Below are positions 11,943-24,519 of a DNA stretch of 64,000 nucleotides, piece by piece. Positions within the stretch are counted from its first letter, which is position 1; every line of letters starts with the position of its first letter. The translations under genes and the position numbers were made by a program. The DNA comes from Amphiscolops sp. MND2022. Lineage: Eukaryota. Below the pieces are notes generated by a model that saw only the letters and a program-made list of their open reading frames with translations, had not been told where the DNA came from and searched no databases. The stretch spans positions 20,584,001 to 20,648,000 of the forward strand of contig OZ076415.1 in assembly GCA_964187785.1 (NCBI GenBank), read 5' to 3'.

Positions 11943-14900
11943 ATGGATAAAAAGTTGTTAACTCACAATGTTCCGAAAACATCTGCGCAAATTTGTTTCA
12001 CTGCTGACAATGATGCTCTTAACTGCAAGATTGTAGCCTTCAATGTTGTTGTGAATTCCAAAACAGAATCCGGCTCTCGTGCTTCGAGCAAAATATTTGC
12101 CAAAGATTTGACTAGATACGACTGGGAGCAAAAGTACCACATGGGAAATCTAGTTACTTCAAATTCAGAGTATTTTGCATATGCTCTGAAAGGTTATTAT
12201 TTGAATTTTTGATTCAGAGTACCACCGTGACAAGATTGTTCGAAGTAACACGTTTTTTAGGGTTACAGACCAACTTTTGCGTGAGAATTATGAATCGATC
12301 AACTTCGAGCAAGACCCTGATTAAGAATTTCTTATTCAATATTTGTGATTTGGCTTTCGCGTCACATTCAAATAACATCTTGGGTGCAATTGATGTGATG
12401 GGAAACTTCAGTATCTGGGAACTGAGAAACAAAGGCGGATCTACTTTAGAGTACAGCATTCTATGGTCCATTAAAAACCAAGACAAAGTGTCCGCTAATT
12501 GTCACCGGTAAGTTTTTTGTCGCCTTCTTTCTTCCCACTATGACACACGATATTCCATTCTTCCTGTTTTTAACATTGCAGTCTGAAATGGCAACCTATT
12601 ATGGAGCCTCCTAGCTCAGAAGGAGACGAAGAAATTCAACCTCCACCTCTTCTGGTTGTGACGAACGACAAAACAGTCAATGTCTTCGATTTGGAATTAC
12701 TCACTCAGGAGTTTGACGAACAACGTGAAGTTAACCTCAATGAAATTACGTGAGTAAACGCCTTTCAGACTTCGTTCGTGCACTAAACTGACATCGCCCA
12801 ACTTTTATGAGAAAATATTGAAAATTGTTTCAAAAAGAAAAAGATTTTGAATCATCTCACAGCTCCGAATGTATCTCACCCTCATGTAAAACAGGCGACC
12901 TTTCAGTGATATGTAAAAGTTCTGGTCTCCGTATTATCTGAAGTGGACCCTTTGGATGCATTCCATGTAATAAACCAAACTTCCCATGTGGACCATTCAA
13001 TGAAAGTCTTCGAGTTGGAGAGAAAAATTGTGATCAGTGGTAGCCGGTCAGTCTTTATTACAAAAAGTGCATGCTGAAGTGCAATACACTAGTTGGAGTC
13101 AATATACCGAATGATTTGAACGGGTCCGGGCATAGCCAATCTTGAAACATGGGGACCCGAGGTGAGACTGGCTCGAATTTACTAGTATCGGGTCATAATG
13201 AAAATGTAGTACCGCGGGGGATTCGAACTCCCGACCTCCGGGACCGCATTCAGATGACTTACCATTGAGCCATGGGGAGCTGAAATCGTTAATTTACACT
13301 TTCTATTATTGGACAAAATTGAAAACGCACGGATGTCAAGTTTAGACTCAAAACCTCACATGAGACTAAATCATCAAGGTCATTAAAATCAGAAAATGAA
13401 TCAACTGCAGTTGCTTGTTCGATTTTCCATTATTTTTGTTACTTTCATTCTAGTTGCCTTGACGTTAATTAACACCGGTATTATATTGCTACCATCAAAC
13501 CAAACAGATGATTATGAATATGACGATTACCAGGCAGTTGAATACTTTTCATCACCTACTGCAAGGACTCACAACGGAACCACATGCGCGAAAGACTCAG
13601 AAGGATTCTGTCAGAATGGGGGAATGTTTCATCGTTGAATACAGAGTAGTAACGGTCGACATTATGCATTACACCACAAGAAACGGTCGACACTATGCAT
13701 GGCAGGAGAATTCAAATAAATTGCTCAATCGATGACATTAGATACTTGGAATCAAAAGCATTAGCTTGTCAAATAGTATACACTAAAGATCGTAGCATTC
13801 GATTCCGCAATTATGTCATGAGACTTTGCAGACAAATACAAAAACGAGGGATATTCGAACTATTGGAAGACAAAATACAACTACTGCGATTCAACTTGCT
13901 GTACAAAAGTTAAAAATTTATCGACTAGTAAAAATTTTACAAGAAGCAACATGATTGCTGGCCGTTCATCACGGTTTGATTCTGAAGAGCGTTGAATGTG
14001 AACGGAAGCACCAGTACAGGACAATTCGTTCAATGATAGCAACATGTCTAGCATTGCGGTACAGATTTTAATACTATGATGAATTCTGGTTGCTGGAATG
14101 CCGAACGTTTTCCGTAACAGCATCCTTTCAACATTGGAATACAATAAATCATCCTACGTGACTTTTTTGTGACATGATTGGTTTTTACCACAAAATTCTT
14201 CTATTGGTTGATATCATTTCATCCCGAAAGCTTTACAGAGAGACATTTACAATCAGAACTGCTGCATTTTCTTGACGAGCAAAGTTTATGGATTAGCTTG
14301 TCTTTTGAAAACAACAAACCATTTTCTCGAGTCGAAAGCATTACTTTTTGCAGTTGAACTAGCTCAAAAACTGCTTCCGGAGCCTACAAGGTTGAAGTTG
14401 AACTACGTTGTCATTGACTTTGAAGGTTTCAAGCACAAAAACAAACAAGCCCTACTTGAGGAAAAAAATTTCAGTCTTCGGTCCCTCATATCAAGATACA
14501 TTACTACTGAAGCCGCAGTGTCACATTGATCAAGTTCCAGCCGAGAGAAGACGTACATACCTTTGGTGCACCAAACATTTGCTCGGTCTACACTGGAACC
14601 CTGGAAGTCACCAGTACCCCTTTATCTATAACTTCTTTACCAGTTTGAAAATTCGATTCCCAAACGCAGTGTTCTATGCAAAAGGCGAAGCCAAGAGCAA
14701 CTACTTACGCAGTCATTTATTCAACACTGTCGACTTAGAATTGGTTAGTTGTCGAAAAGTAACCGAGTTCGTCAATTTTGAAAATAAATTCTGTACTAAC
14801 CATATCCACCCCTACTACTACTTTGATCTTTGGTCGATAAAGTAAGCTTACTTTTTCTGCTGTTGGTTGTTGAATCAAATTAACAGAAATGTCTGTCACC

Positions 14901-17900
14901 CTACAAAGCGCAAGTTTTACAGCTACCTCATCCAATGGCAGTGGGAGATAATACCAGTTTACATCACGTTGAAATTAGTCGTGTGAAGGAAGAAATAGCT
15001 CAGACTGCAGAGCATAACGTTCTCAAGAAAGCTGTAATTCAGTTAACTTTAGACGAATATAATTGCCTGAAAGCTGCCTTATTGTCAACAGACACCGTAT
15101 TCGACTATAATGCTTCTTTTATTACTCATCACGCCAAACCAACGATTGCAAAACTTGATGAGAGAAATAATTATATTCAACCTATTCGACTGCCCAATAA
15201 CATTAGCAAAGCAATCATTCTGTCAGGACAAAATGATACGCCTCTAGCCAAAGAATTTGCAGAGGACATTCAATGTACACCCGTAGTAACACAAATTGCC
15301 ATGTACCAATCTGATAATCTGATGCGAAGAGGAAAACTTGTGACATCCGAATAACAATAAAATCTAGTGATGCGTTCAATAAATTTTTTTCATTTTTGAG
15401 ATGTATGACTTGTATTTATATGAGAACCGTAAATATTTTGAAATCCAAATCATTTTTTATCGAAATGGAAAAGCAAGCGTTTGATATAGCTGATTGCATT
15501 GCAGTAGAACACACTATTGAAAACAGCGCAAGCGAAAATTCCTTGCGGAAGTTTTGTAATTCAGTAACTTTACCACGATCTGAAGTTTTTTTACCCAGGC
15601 AGCATTAATCTTCATAATAGTAGTCACAAGTCTGTTTAAAATTTCACTTGAAAAACGTCCCTGTGAAGACATGTCCTTCTGGGTGGGCCTGTTGTCCGCG
15701 GCAGTTGGTTACGCACTACCAAACCCAAAATTTTGAACAAACTCATTTTAACAAACGACCACATTTTCACTTCATGTCTGTGGTAGGACCAAGCGGTTCT
15801 GGTATAACTCGACTTTTCAAAATGGTTGCATCACCAACAACATTCAACCCAAACCTCGGGAAATTTTACTAGTTTTACAAAGAGTCCCAACCACTGTTCA
15901 AAGAAATGCAGGACAAGATCGATGATATAGAATTCCTACTAGAGATCTACTAGAAGGAATTTGTGAAACTTGCAGTCTCAGATTGCATTACAAGGTGAAT
16001 TGCATTTTTGTGAAACATAATTTGTTCCACCAGAGCAAGTGGTCGTGCGCAATTGATCTCAACACAACCCATATTATTCTCTTCAAATCACCACGGGATG
16101 TTAAGTAAATGGATGTTTTGGTAGACAGTTCAAAATACATAGTTAATTCGAGATTGCTATAAAAAGGCCACAAATGAACCTTTTCATCATTTCATGATTG
16201 AGTTTGACCCCCGAACAAGTGGCTCTTTGCGTTATTGCTCCAACATTGGGGACCCGGGGCCAACTGACTTTAACATCCCACCGTCATTAGCTGAAGAAAC
16301 ACCTCTTACGAATGAGCTGAAAAAAGTTGCATTTACTGAAGCCTTGGCAGAAAAACAGGAAATGGAAACAATTGGGAAAAGTTTTGCAAAGCTGCAGTGA
16401 CAACACTCAAGTTTCTGTGCGAGTGCGCTGTTAAGATCATTAATGGAAACATTCATTTCCTTCAGCCAGCCGACAGAAGCGACAAGTTCTTCTACAGCAA
16501 AGGGAATCAATTTAATGCAAGAGATTGGTAAATCCTGTTATTGCTATTTGACAATGAGCGATCAAGAATTTATACTGATTCCTAAAGAGTTACATCAAGA
16601 AACAACCGAAAGCATTGGTTGAAAAGGTGAAACGTTTTACTATCCTCCAACGTGAACCTGAAAGGAAAAAGAAACCAGCGACTCCATTAAAGACTGAAAC
16701 AAAGCCAGAAGACATCGAAACCAGAGTACTCAAATCATTGTCTATGCTCGGATGCAAACACCTTCCTTTTTGATATTTTAACAGCCGGACTAACCCCTCC
16801 CGTAAAGACCTCGACTATAAACGAATACTACATAGACTAGACATATCAACCCAATTGGTGAGATTACCGAAGCAAAGCAGATTGTAAAGCCAAAAGGACC
16901 TAGAACTTTTTTTAAACCGAAAATCCCAAAACCAGTATCGAAAAAGGGAAAAGACAATGAGCAGCAACCTGGCGAACATTGTGAAGAAGCAGAAGAAATT
17001 GAGGAAGGCTTGGAAAGCCTCTCAGAATGATTTGATAGTGTTGGAACAATTTTACACTAAGTGTAGTGCTGCATATGGAAGTATCAACAAACTAAAAAGG
17101 AACAAAACTATCGAGTTTTTTGCAGACAAAAATGCCCACACAAAATGTAGACAAATTAGGAGGAACTTTCTTCCTCTCAAAGTAATGGCTCACGACATTA
17201 ACGAAATATGGTTAATCGATGTTGCTTATGAAGACAAGCTGGCGCAATACAACAATTGTGTGAAATATTTGCTTGTAACAGTGGATGTTTTGTCACGATT
17301 TGTCACCAATGAGATCAAAGACCGCCGAGGAAACTGCTCGTATCTTCAAAAAATGATCCAAAACGAAAGCCTCTAGAACTTTTGGGGGTAAAACTATTTT
17401 GGTCACTTCAGGTGTATCGAAAAAAAAGCACTTGACCAAAAGCCATGACTATAGTAGACTCTTTTCTCTAGAAAAGCGCCGACTAAAAAATGTTCCACAG
17501 CAGTCTGTTTTGATTTCAAATTTTGGAGAGTCTTTTGCGCAGTATGATATTGATTCTGAACCCAGTTCTGTGTGACAAGTTTTGACGCTTTAATTCGTAG
17601 CTCGCGATCGGCAATGGTATTCGCATCTGTCGACCGTCTGGTTTGATCACATGATAGTTGCTGAGATCCACTTTAGAGCTTCGGCAATGAAATGTTCAAT
17701 GATCTTGTTCAGAACATCATGGTCCAGCATTCAGAACCGAACTTCAATTCCGGGTTGACGATAGCTCTATAGGATGTGTTTCGGTAGCTGCAGTTGAAGA
17801 CAGTGACTTCGCATCAAAATAGATGAACTTTCAAGGCCTTTGAAATACGATTTCCTACGTGCCTTTCCTGTTGAAGGACTCATTTATTAAGTCCCACATC

Positions 17901-20900
17901 TCTCGCGGACGACTTGGATTGCCGGCTTTCGAAGAAAAGCTATATGTACTTTTATTTTCCATGGTATTGACTCAATCACATAGCATTTTTGGAATCGAAG
18001 AAGAGAGTCCTGAACGCTCCGTGTGTAGTTTGTCAATGTCACATTGTGAGCTGAATTAGCTTCAAGTCATTGCAAACAGTAAAATACAGGCGAAAGACAG
18101 CGAGTCCTGAAAATGAGCCTCGAACTCCTGAAGTAATGAGCATCTTCCATGATAGATTTGTTGAGTTTTAGCTGTGTAAAAAGGCGAATGACAATTCCCT
18201 GCATATTCTGCTAATAGCTGTTTCAATTTTCACGCAAAGAATTTCTTGAGTTCATTCCAATAATTAGCGAATTGTGTTTCTGGTGGTGGAAAGTGGACGA
18301 AGAGAGATTAAAGAGAAATGTTTTTCAATCATGTTTCAAGTTTGGTTCCGTCGAAAACAAGAACAAAATTTTCAAATCCACTTGAAGCTATTGCGCTTCT
18401 TCCAAAACGGTACAATACTGTGCAATTACGGTAACGTTCTTGGATTTTCATCTAGTTCACAAAATTTTGGTTTGAACATTTTAGGCTGAAATTCTAGAAG
18501 ATATATGTTTGTGTTTGGTTTTTTTATCATGCAACGCTTTGTTTGGCAATTTCTGCCTAGCTCTTCGGCACGTATTCAAATGCGTTTTAGTTTCGAAAAG
18601 TATTTTTCTCAGAAATGGCCGTATGTGTTAGTAGAGTGCTGAAACTGATTTTACGTTGATATCTCATAGCTTGCATTTATGAATGTTCAACCGAAAAGTA
18701 ACATGCCTCACTGATTGAGCCATTAAGTGCAGTAGTTTCATGTTCGCATTTTCATGCGGCATTAAGAGAAGATATCACTGCACAGAATATTGGAATCGTT
18801 AAAATGTGTCGAATTCTCTAAGTATCTTCTACGTTAGAAGTTAGCAATTAATTCAAATCTACCGATTACTTTTGCACAGTTCGTAATGTAATGGATTTTC
18901 TCGCCTGCGCTTCTTCCAATTAATTACCGGTCTTCGATTAGAGGGTTTTTCTGGCTCGGTCTGGTGATCTAGACAAAGAGTATACCACAAGTTGGTATGT
19001 GAAAAAGTTCCCGAAAATTGAAAATTGCTAACTCTTCGCAGAATTTCGTGAACGTTGGCTACAAATATCCATCAGAAATGCAACTCTTGTGAATGAAAAA
19101 AGGTGCTATTTGTGAATCAGTTTCAAATATCTAATTCACGATTTTGAAAGAATTTTGTGGATAGTGGGTTGTTTGGCCTGAACCAAAAAGAACATCCCTA
19201 TTTAAAATCCAGTACCTTACAAATTCAGCATACTTGGTGAAGAAATAATTAGTTCAGTTAGCGACACGTTTGTTAGTTGTTTTCTACTAGTGTTGTTACA
19301 TTTCTTTCGAATGATACCCATGGTTCTGATTTGTTAGACCACCCTCGCGATGCGACTTTGCTCCTGTTTTGTTTAAATTGCCGAAATTGAGACCAAAACA
19401 ACAATCAGCTTTGGGATTGAAATTTTGTACTTCTGGGTGCTTTAGCAAATCATGCCCGTTAGTAAGATTTCCGCGTGAGCTGTATGAATCGGTAACGCAA
19501 TTTTTTTCCAGACTTCTATCATCTCATTCCGTTGCCAATTCTGGTAGCAGTGTGGCAGCGCTACTGAAAGTCTCTTGACTAGTCTAATTCTCATAGCAGC
19601 GAGGCAGTGCGTCTATTGAGAGAAAGCGAAGAGTTATTTCTTCGTACCCTGAGAGTTTATCCTGCATTCAAATACGAATCCGAACGTCATATACGCCTAG
19701 TAGTTGAATTCTTTTATTCAAGTAGCAGCTTATAGTCCAAGATTTGTCCATCATGGCTGCTCATAAATATGTTCAGTTGTTTTTGGATTGAGAGAGAGAG
19801 TTTTAGCGTGAATATTTGCGATGTTTCAGAAAACACTTCATTTCAATCAAAGACCACAATGGCATCATCACTGATTTCGACGTCTCCCCAGACGGCCAAA
19901 TTTTGGCCACAGTTGCTGAAGACGGCTGCATGAAATGTTTTCAACTGAGGTTCGATACCCAACCACCGTCTTCACGCTGTCTGCAAAACTTCAGACCCCA
20001 CAACGCCAGTAAATTATCAACTTTGCTCTTCTGTGACAACCACATTGACCCGAACTTCGCTGAATCCTTCTGGCGTTTTTTCGTCACTGGCGCAGACCAC
20101 AATCGAGAACTCAAACTCTGGTGTGCGTCAACTTGGACCTTGCTACAAACCATACGATTTGAAAGGGAACCACAGCCTATGTTGAAGGCATCAATCGACC
20201 CTTCAGGAACATACGTTGTTCTCACTGATGTTATGCGTGAAGTGATGTACATCTTGACTATCAAAAAACACCAAACGCGAGATAAGAGTGGTTACGCCGC
20301 TTTCTTCACATGCACCGAATATGTTTTGTCGTCACCCGTTTTATCTTTCTCCATCTGGGGAGTGCAATCTTTTGATGACGAGGATGAGGTGTTAGAGAGC
20401 GAAGGCGCCGTTCTGAAGATGACGTCAATCAACACCAAAACCATGCAGGAGCTGGAGGTCAGGGTCAACAGCGATATGTTTGACCCCGACCGCAATTTGG
20501 TTCCCGCCTTGAAGGGTGAGCTGCTTTTTATCAGACTAAATTCCACTCTTATTGAAAAGTAATAAAGCAGTCTTTATAGGTCAATGATGTTTCTATTTTG
20601 TGACTTGTACCAAAGACGGTAATCGTTTTCCATGTCTCCAAGAGCCGAGTTGAAAATCTCGTGAATAATTTGGATTTCACTTTTGGATCACGTTCTAGCA
20701 GACTGATTTTACGGATGATGAAAACTACGATGAATTGGACCGCCAAGTCTTTGTCTTCGCAAAATAAGAGTTTCGGAATATGGAAAATTTGAATGGATTT
20801 TTGAATTATCCGGACTCCAAAAAACCGGAGTTTAGTGTATTTAAAATTGGAGAAATAAAGGAGCCCAATTTAATCCAAGCTGACCAACCGTTATTCGTTG

Positions 20901-23900
20901 ATAGCAGCAACGGCTTCAACGTCTTCGACCGAGGGCAATGAGAAGAAAAGTGCAGTGATGGCTGCAGACAACGTGGAGGTAGATAAAGTGGAGGAAATCG
21001 ACAACAGTGCCGACGATGAAGATGAAATTGACTCGATCAACGAAGAACTGTCTAATAACATTACAGATACTTTGGAGAACCTTCTCAAGATGGATGGATT
21101 GCAGATTGATGATAATGCAGAAGAAACTGAATTGCTGGGACCTAATTCCTTTGGTGTCGAAAATGGTGATGCCCCGAAAAGTTCCAAAGATGTTGATGGT
21201 TAGTGCATCGTAATATTTTTAGTGATTGTGTCCCCCTTTGTGGTTTTTCGGCACTGTGGGACGGTACTTTTGATTTTTTGTTGTTTTAATAGGAAATCCT
21301 TTTGCAGCACCGTGACACTAGCACAAAACCTTTTTTAAAATTGCCCTTTGCGCTTTTTGAGCCTAAAGCGAGGAGCTGATTTGGATGAATTGTTGCATTT
21401 AGAAGTTGAAAAAAAATGAATAAAATGATCTTCATTGAATAAAATTAGGTTTACGATGGCCATTTCTGAAAATGATTACTGATTCTTTCATTATCGTTAT
21501 CAGCTTCGAGAAGGCAAAAGATGGATTTCGACAGCTGGGAAGACGAAGCCGTGGACTCAGTAAACCACTCAACTTTCACTGCTGTTACTTCAATCAACAA
21601 TTCTGTAGACAACACAGCCGCCGCCCGAAACGACAAAACTGCTGCTGCCAACATTGCCGACAGCCAAGCACCTTTGATTTCATTCTTGAACCAAGAAGAG
21701 GAACGCAAATCTGCAACTTCGCCCATAAACGACGGTGTCATGAAGTTTTTCATGCAGACCTCACTATCGGCTTCTGATAAACCGGAAGTGTTGGAACAAG
21801 CCAGTGGTGTTTCTGGCACAGTCAATCCCGTTTTAAATGGTGGAGGTTTGGGTGATGCAGCAAATACTGGAGAAAAGCCAGCATCGACAAAGAATTCCCA
21901 ATCTTCGAGTCACGCTATGAAAAATTCTGTTGAAACCTCGGAGATTCTTAAAATGTTGACATCGATTATGGAAAATCAGAAGAGGTTGGAAATGCGTTTG
22001 GATGACATTTCCGCGAAAGTGCAAAAGAAGGAGATTGAGAGAGAGAAGTTGAAGGATTTCGTCGGAGAACAAGTTCGAAATGAAATTAAGACGCAAGTGG
22101 TGCCAGCGTTGAATAAAGCGGTGAAGCCGTTCACTGACAACATGAACAATCTGGTGTCACAGAAGTTGACTTCTACTGATGCTGTGTTGAAGGTATGTAT
22201 CAAAATTAATGCCATTCTTCATTATAATATTGAATTTATCTGCACCGGACTAAGCCCAGAACATATCAGTTATCGAATAATGAATGCAACATTCAATCAA
22301 TGATTTTTGTTTATCCTTTGAATCCTCCATAGACTTCTATAAAAGGACTCCTGTATGTTATTCATAGTGGTCTAACGTTTAAGATCGTAAAATCATAGTT
22401 TCTGCGCTGACAAAGAGATAATCGGTTTCAGGAGCAAGTGAAGAAAATGGTTTCGAATAAACAAATTGCTGAAAATTTGGGCAAACACGCGGCCACTTCG
22501 GTAGAAGCAGCTGTCACTCAAAAATGCAGAGACCTTTTCGAGCAACAACTTGCACCCAAATTTGCGAGCTCGATGGAATCCTCGACGAAGCAAGTTGGGC
22601 AAATCTTTTCTACTGGTACCAGCGAGTATTTGCGGGCACTCGATGCACATTCCAAACACGTGTCGGACCGACAGCAGACAAAAATAGACGCCCATATCAC
22701 AAATGTGCAGAGCCAGCTCACTGCCAATCAAGCAGAGATTCAAAAAATTGTGCGAGATGTGCTCAAGTCTGAATTGACAGGTAATGTCGCGTTTCAACCG
22801 ACAAGTGGAAAATTGTGGATGTTATGAGGTTGCCAGTCGCATCATAATTCCGAAGCCAGAATATTTCTTTGTATCACTGATAAATTCAACATTTGTGGAA
22901 ACCCTGATATCGTATTTTCTTCCTATCTAATACTACTGCCTCCCAATTTTTGGTGAGGGGATATAATGTTAACCGGTGTTATAATAAGACGGAAGTGTTA
23001 CCCGATAAGTACGGGGTCTTATTACGAGAATTGAGTCGAATCATTATCACCTGGACCTTCTGCAAACAGTAGCGATCTTTTTTTGTTCTTTGAACGGTTT
23101 TTGAACAAATGCGGTTTTTGTTGCAGGGTTCAAGGCGGAGATCCAGCAGCAACTGGTGGCGACTACCAAGCAGTTCCAGACAGACTTGCAGACCATCACG
23201 AACGAGCAAAACAAGCTAATCCAGGCCACCTTCCGTTACCTGCAGAGACACACTGTCGCGGCCACGCCCCTTCCTGAAGGTCAGTATATCTTCGTTTTTA
23301 ACCCCAATTTTTTGATATTCTAAATTGACTGTGCCATTTGTTGATTCTTTACATGGCTAGAGTAATGAGTTGGCAAAGTTTGAGAAGATAACTTGCTGAT
23401 TCTAAAGAACCATTTTCCCTAAATTTTGGTTTAATGTCGACTGTTTGTTCATTATAGATTGATTTCTGTGCTGCCGAGTTTCATGTTTTTAATATTTCTG
23501 CTTTAGCAGGAATATTATTGAAATCTGGAAACGTGTACTTTTTTTCAGAACAATTTTTCGGACGATCTGAATAATTGAGATATTTTGTTCGGCAGTGAGT
23601 GTAAGCGAGAGAGCTGCCGAAGACAATTCAATTCTAGTGCGATGGAACGAGCGAGTGGTAATTATCCATTCGTATGTTGACGTCATTGAGATGAAGCGAG
23701 CGAATGTTCGTAATTGTGCTTTCGTTGCCCCGAGTTATTGAAATGAAGCGAATGAGTGTTAATTATTTGTTCGTTGAGAGCTTCGCCTGCATTCAAATGC
23801 GAATGCGAAACTTCGTCTACGCTTAGTAGTTATATTTTCTTGAGTCCGAGAAGAATTAAAGGCGGTGCAAACTTGTACAGTGATTACATGTAATTGTGCG

Positions 23901-24519
23901 CTAAATAATGATTAAACAAGAGTGTATTGGTATTCCAGATATGATTCTTTTATTAATGATTTTTTTGTTTCAAAAAAATAAAGATTAAAGCAGAAATAGT
24001 ACTGAGCCCCGTAGGGGCCTTTTTTTTAAGTGAAAGTTTCAAGGGTGTTGATATTCAGGTGCTCAGCAGAATCACGTGGATGTGAGACCTCTGGTTGAGG
24101 AAGAATTGAAGAAAAACAACTTTGACAAAGCGTTCGAGATCTCTCTGACCGCAGCCGATGTGCAATTAGTTCTGCATGTTTGTGAGACGATAGGACCTCA
24201 CATGGACAAACCCGCTTTCAAACTCTCCATTCCTAACATTCTCGCTCTGCTTCAACAGCTGAGTTGCAATCTCTCCTCTTGCAGCCGAATCGAGCTGCGG
24301 ATCCATGCACTGGAAAGTGCCCTGGGAAAACTGGATCCTGTTGAGTTAGTCAAGTACCCTAAGTTTGACCGGTCGCTGGCGGCCCTGGAAAAGGAATTGG
24401 TCAAGTACTCTCAGGTCAAGGGTAGGGGTGACATGTTTTACGGAAAGGTCAGAATTCTGACTTCCGCAACTCGTGAGCTAATGACCGAAACAAAGGAAAT
24501 GGTTTCCGGTGGATACTGA
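11943..24519 (+). CDS. EDC4: Enhancer of mRNA-decapping protein 4 (Ge-1/Hedls), 9 exons
   Basis: Exons 11943-12192, 12261-12507, 12582-12749, 19830-20515, 20905-21198, 21504-22192, 22432-22780, 23127-23279 and 24059-24519, all GT-AG and phase-compatible. EDC4 WD40 signatures YDWEQKY, SPDGQILAT, LLFCDNH and FWRFFVTGADHNRELKLWC are present. An acidic/Ser linker, a coiled coil and the C-terminal LALLQQL Ge-1 domain follow. Confidence 0.95.
13208..13279 (-). mobile_element. tRNA-derived (SINE head-like) sequence
   Basis: A box TGGCTCAATGG and B box GAGTTCGAATCC at tRNA-like spacing. The acceptor and anticodon stems do not pair, so this is not a functional tRNA. Confidence 0.6.
13396..13740 (+). 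pseudogene. Signal/TM-anchored EGF-like (growth-factor-like) ORF, frameshifted
   Basis: Hydrophobic N-terminus (LLVRFSIIFVTFILVALTLI), then CAKDSEGFCQNG(G)[frameshift in G5 run 13618-13622]ECFIVE, giving EGF C1-x7-C2-x4/5-C3. The C-terminal half is scrambled by a 31-nt duplication (13651/13682). Confidence 0.6.
14398..14930 (+). pseudogene. Maverick-associated DEDD-like (RNase H fold) nuclease remnant
   Basis: YVVIDFEGF (ExoI-like D-x-E), then HLLGLHWNPG, FYAKGEAK..YL, DLELVSC and C..H. Frameshift near 14465. Confidence 0.55.
15750..16300 (+). pseudogene. Polinton packaging ATPase (FtsK-HerA/A32-like)
   Basis: Walker A is GPSGSGIT at 15786-15809, with the conserved Lys replaced by Ile. Downstream are HNLFHQSKWSCAIDLNTTHIILFKSPRD and FMIEFDPRT..LRYCSN. 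Contains stops and frameshifts. Confidence 0.85.
16957..17376 (+). pseudogene. Polinton-type retroviral-like integrase, N-terminal part
   Basis: AAYGSINKL..HTKCRQIRRNF..LKV...INEIWLIDVA...KLAQYNNCVKYLLVTVDVLSRF, truncated at ~17380. Confidence 0.85.
17440..19600 (-). mobile_element. Heavily degraded LINE RT remnant
   Basis: Minus-strand remnants TSGVRGSFSGLAVF (cf. TSGVPQGS.LGPLLF), VCNDLKL (cf. FADD.KL) and YRAIVNPELKFGSECW (cf. Y...V.P.L.YGSE.W). Many stops. Confidence 0.5.

Larger units (their letters stand above)
13390..17390 (+). mobile_element. Decayed Maverick/Polinton (adintovirus-like) fragment inside EDC4 intron 3
   Basis: Co-oriented intronless ORF remnants, including an A32-like packaging ATPase and a Polinton-type integrase N-terminus. 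No pPolB, capsid or TIR is visible in the fragment. Confidence 0.85.
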
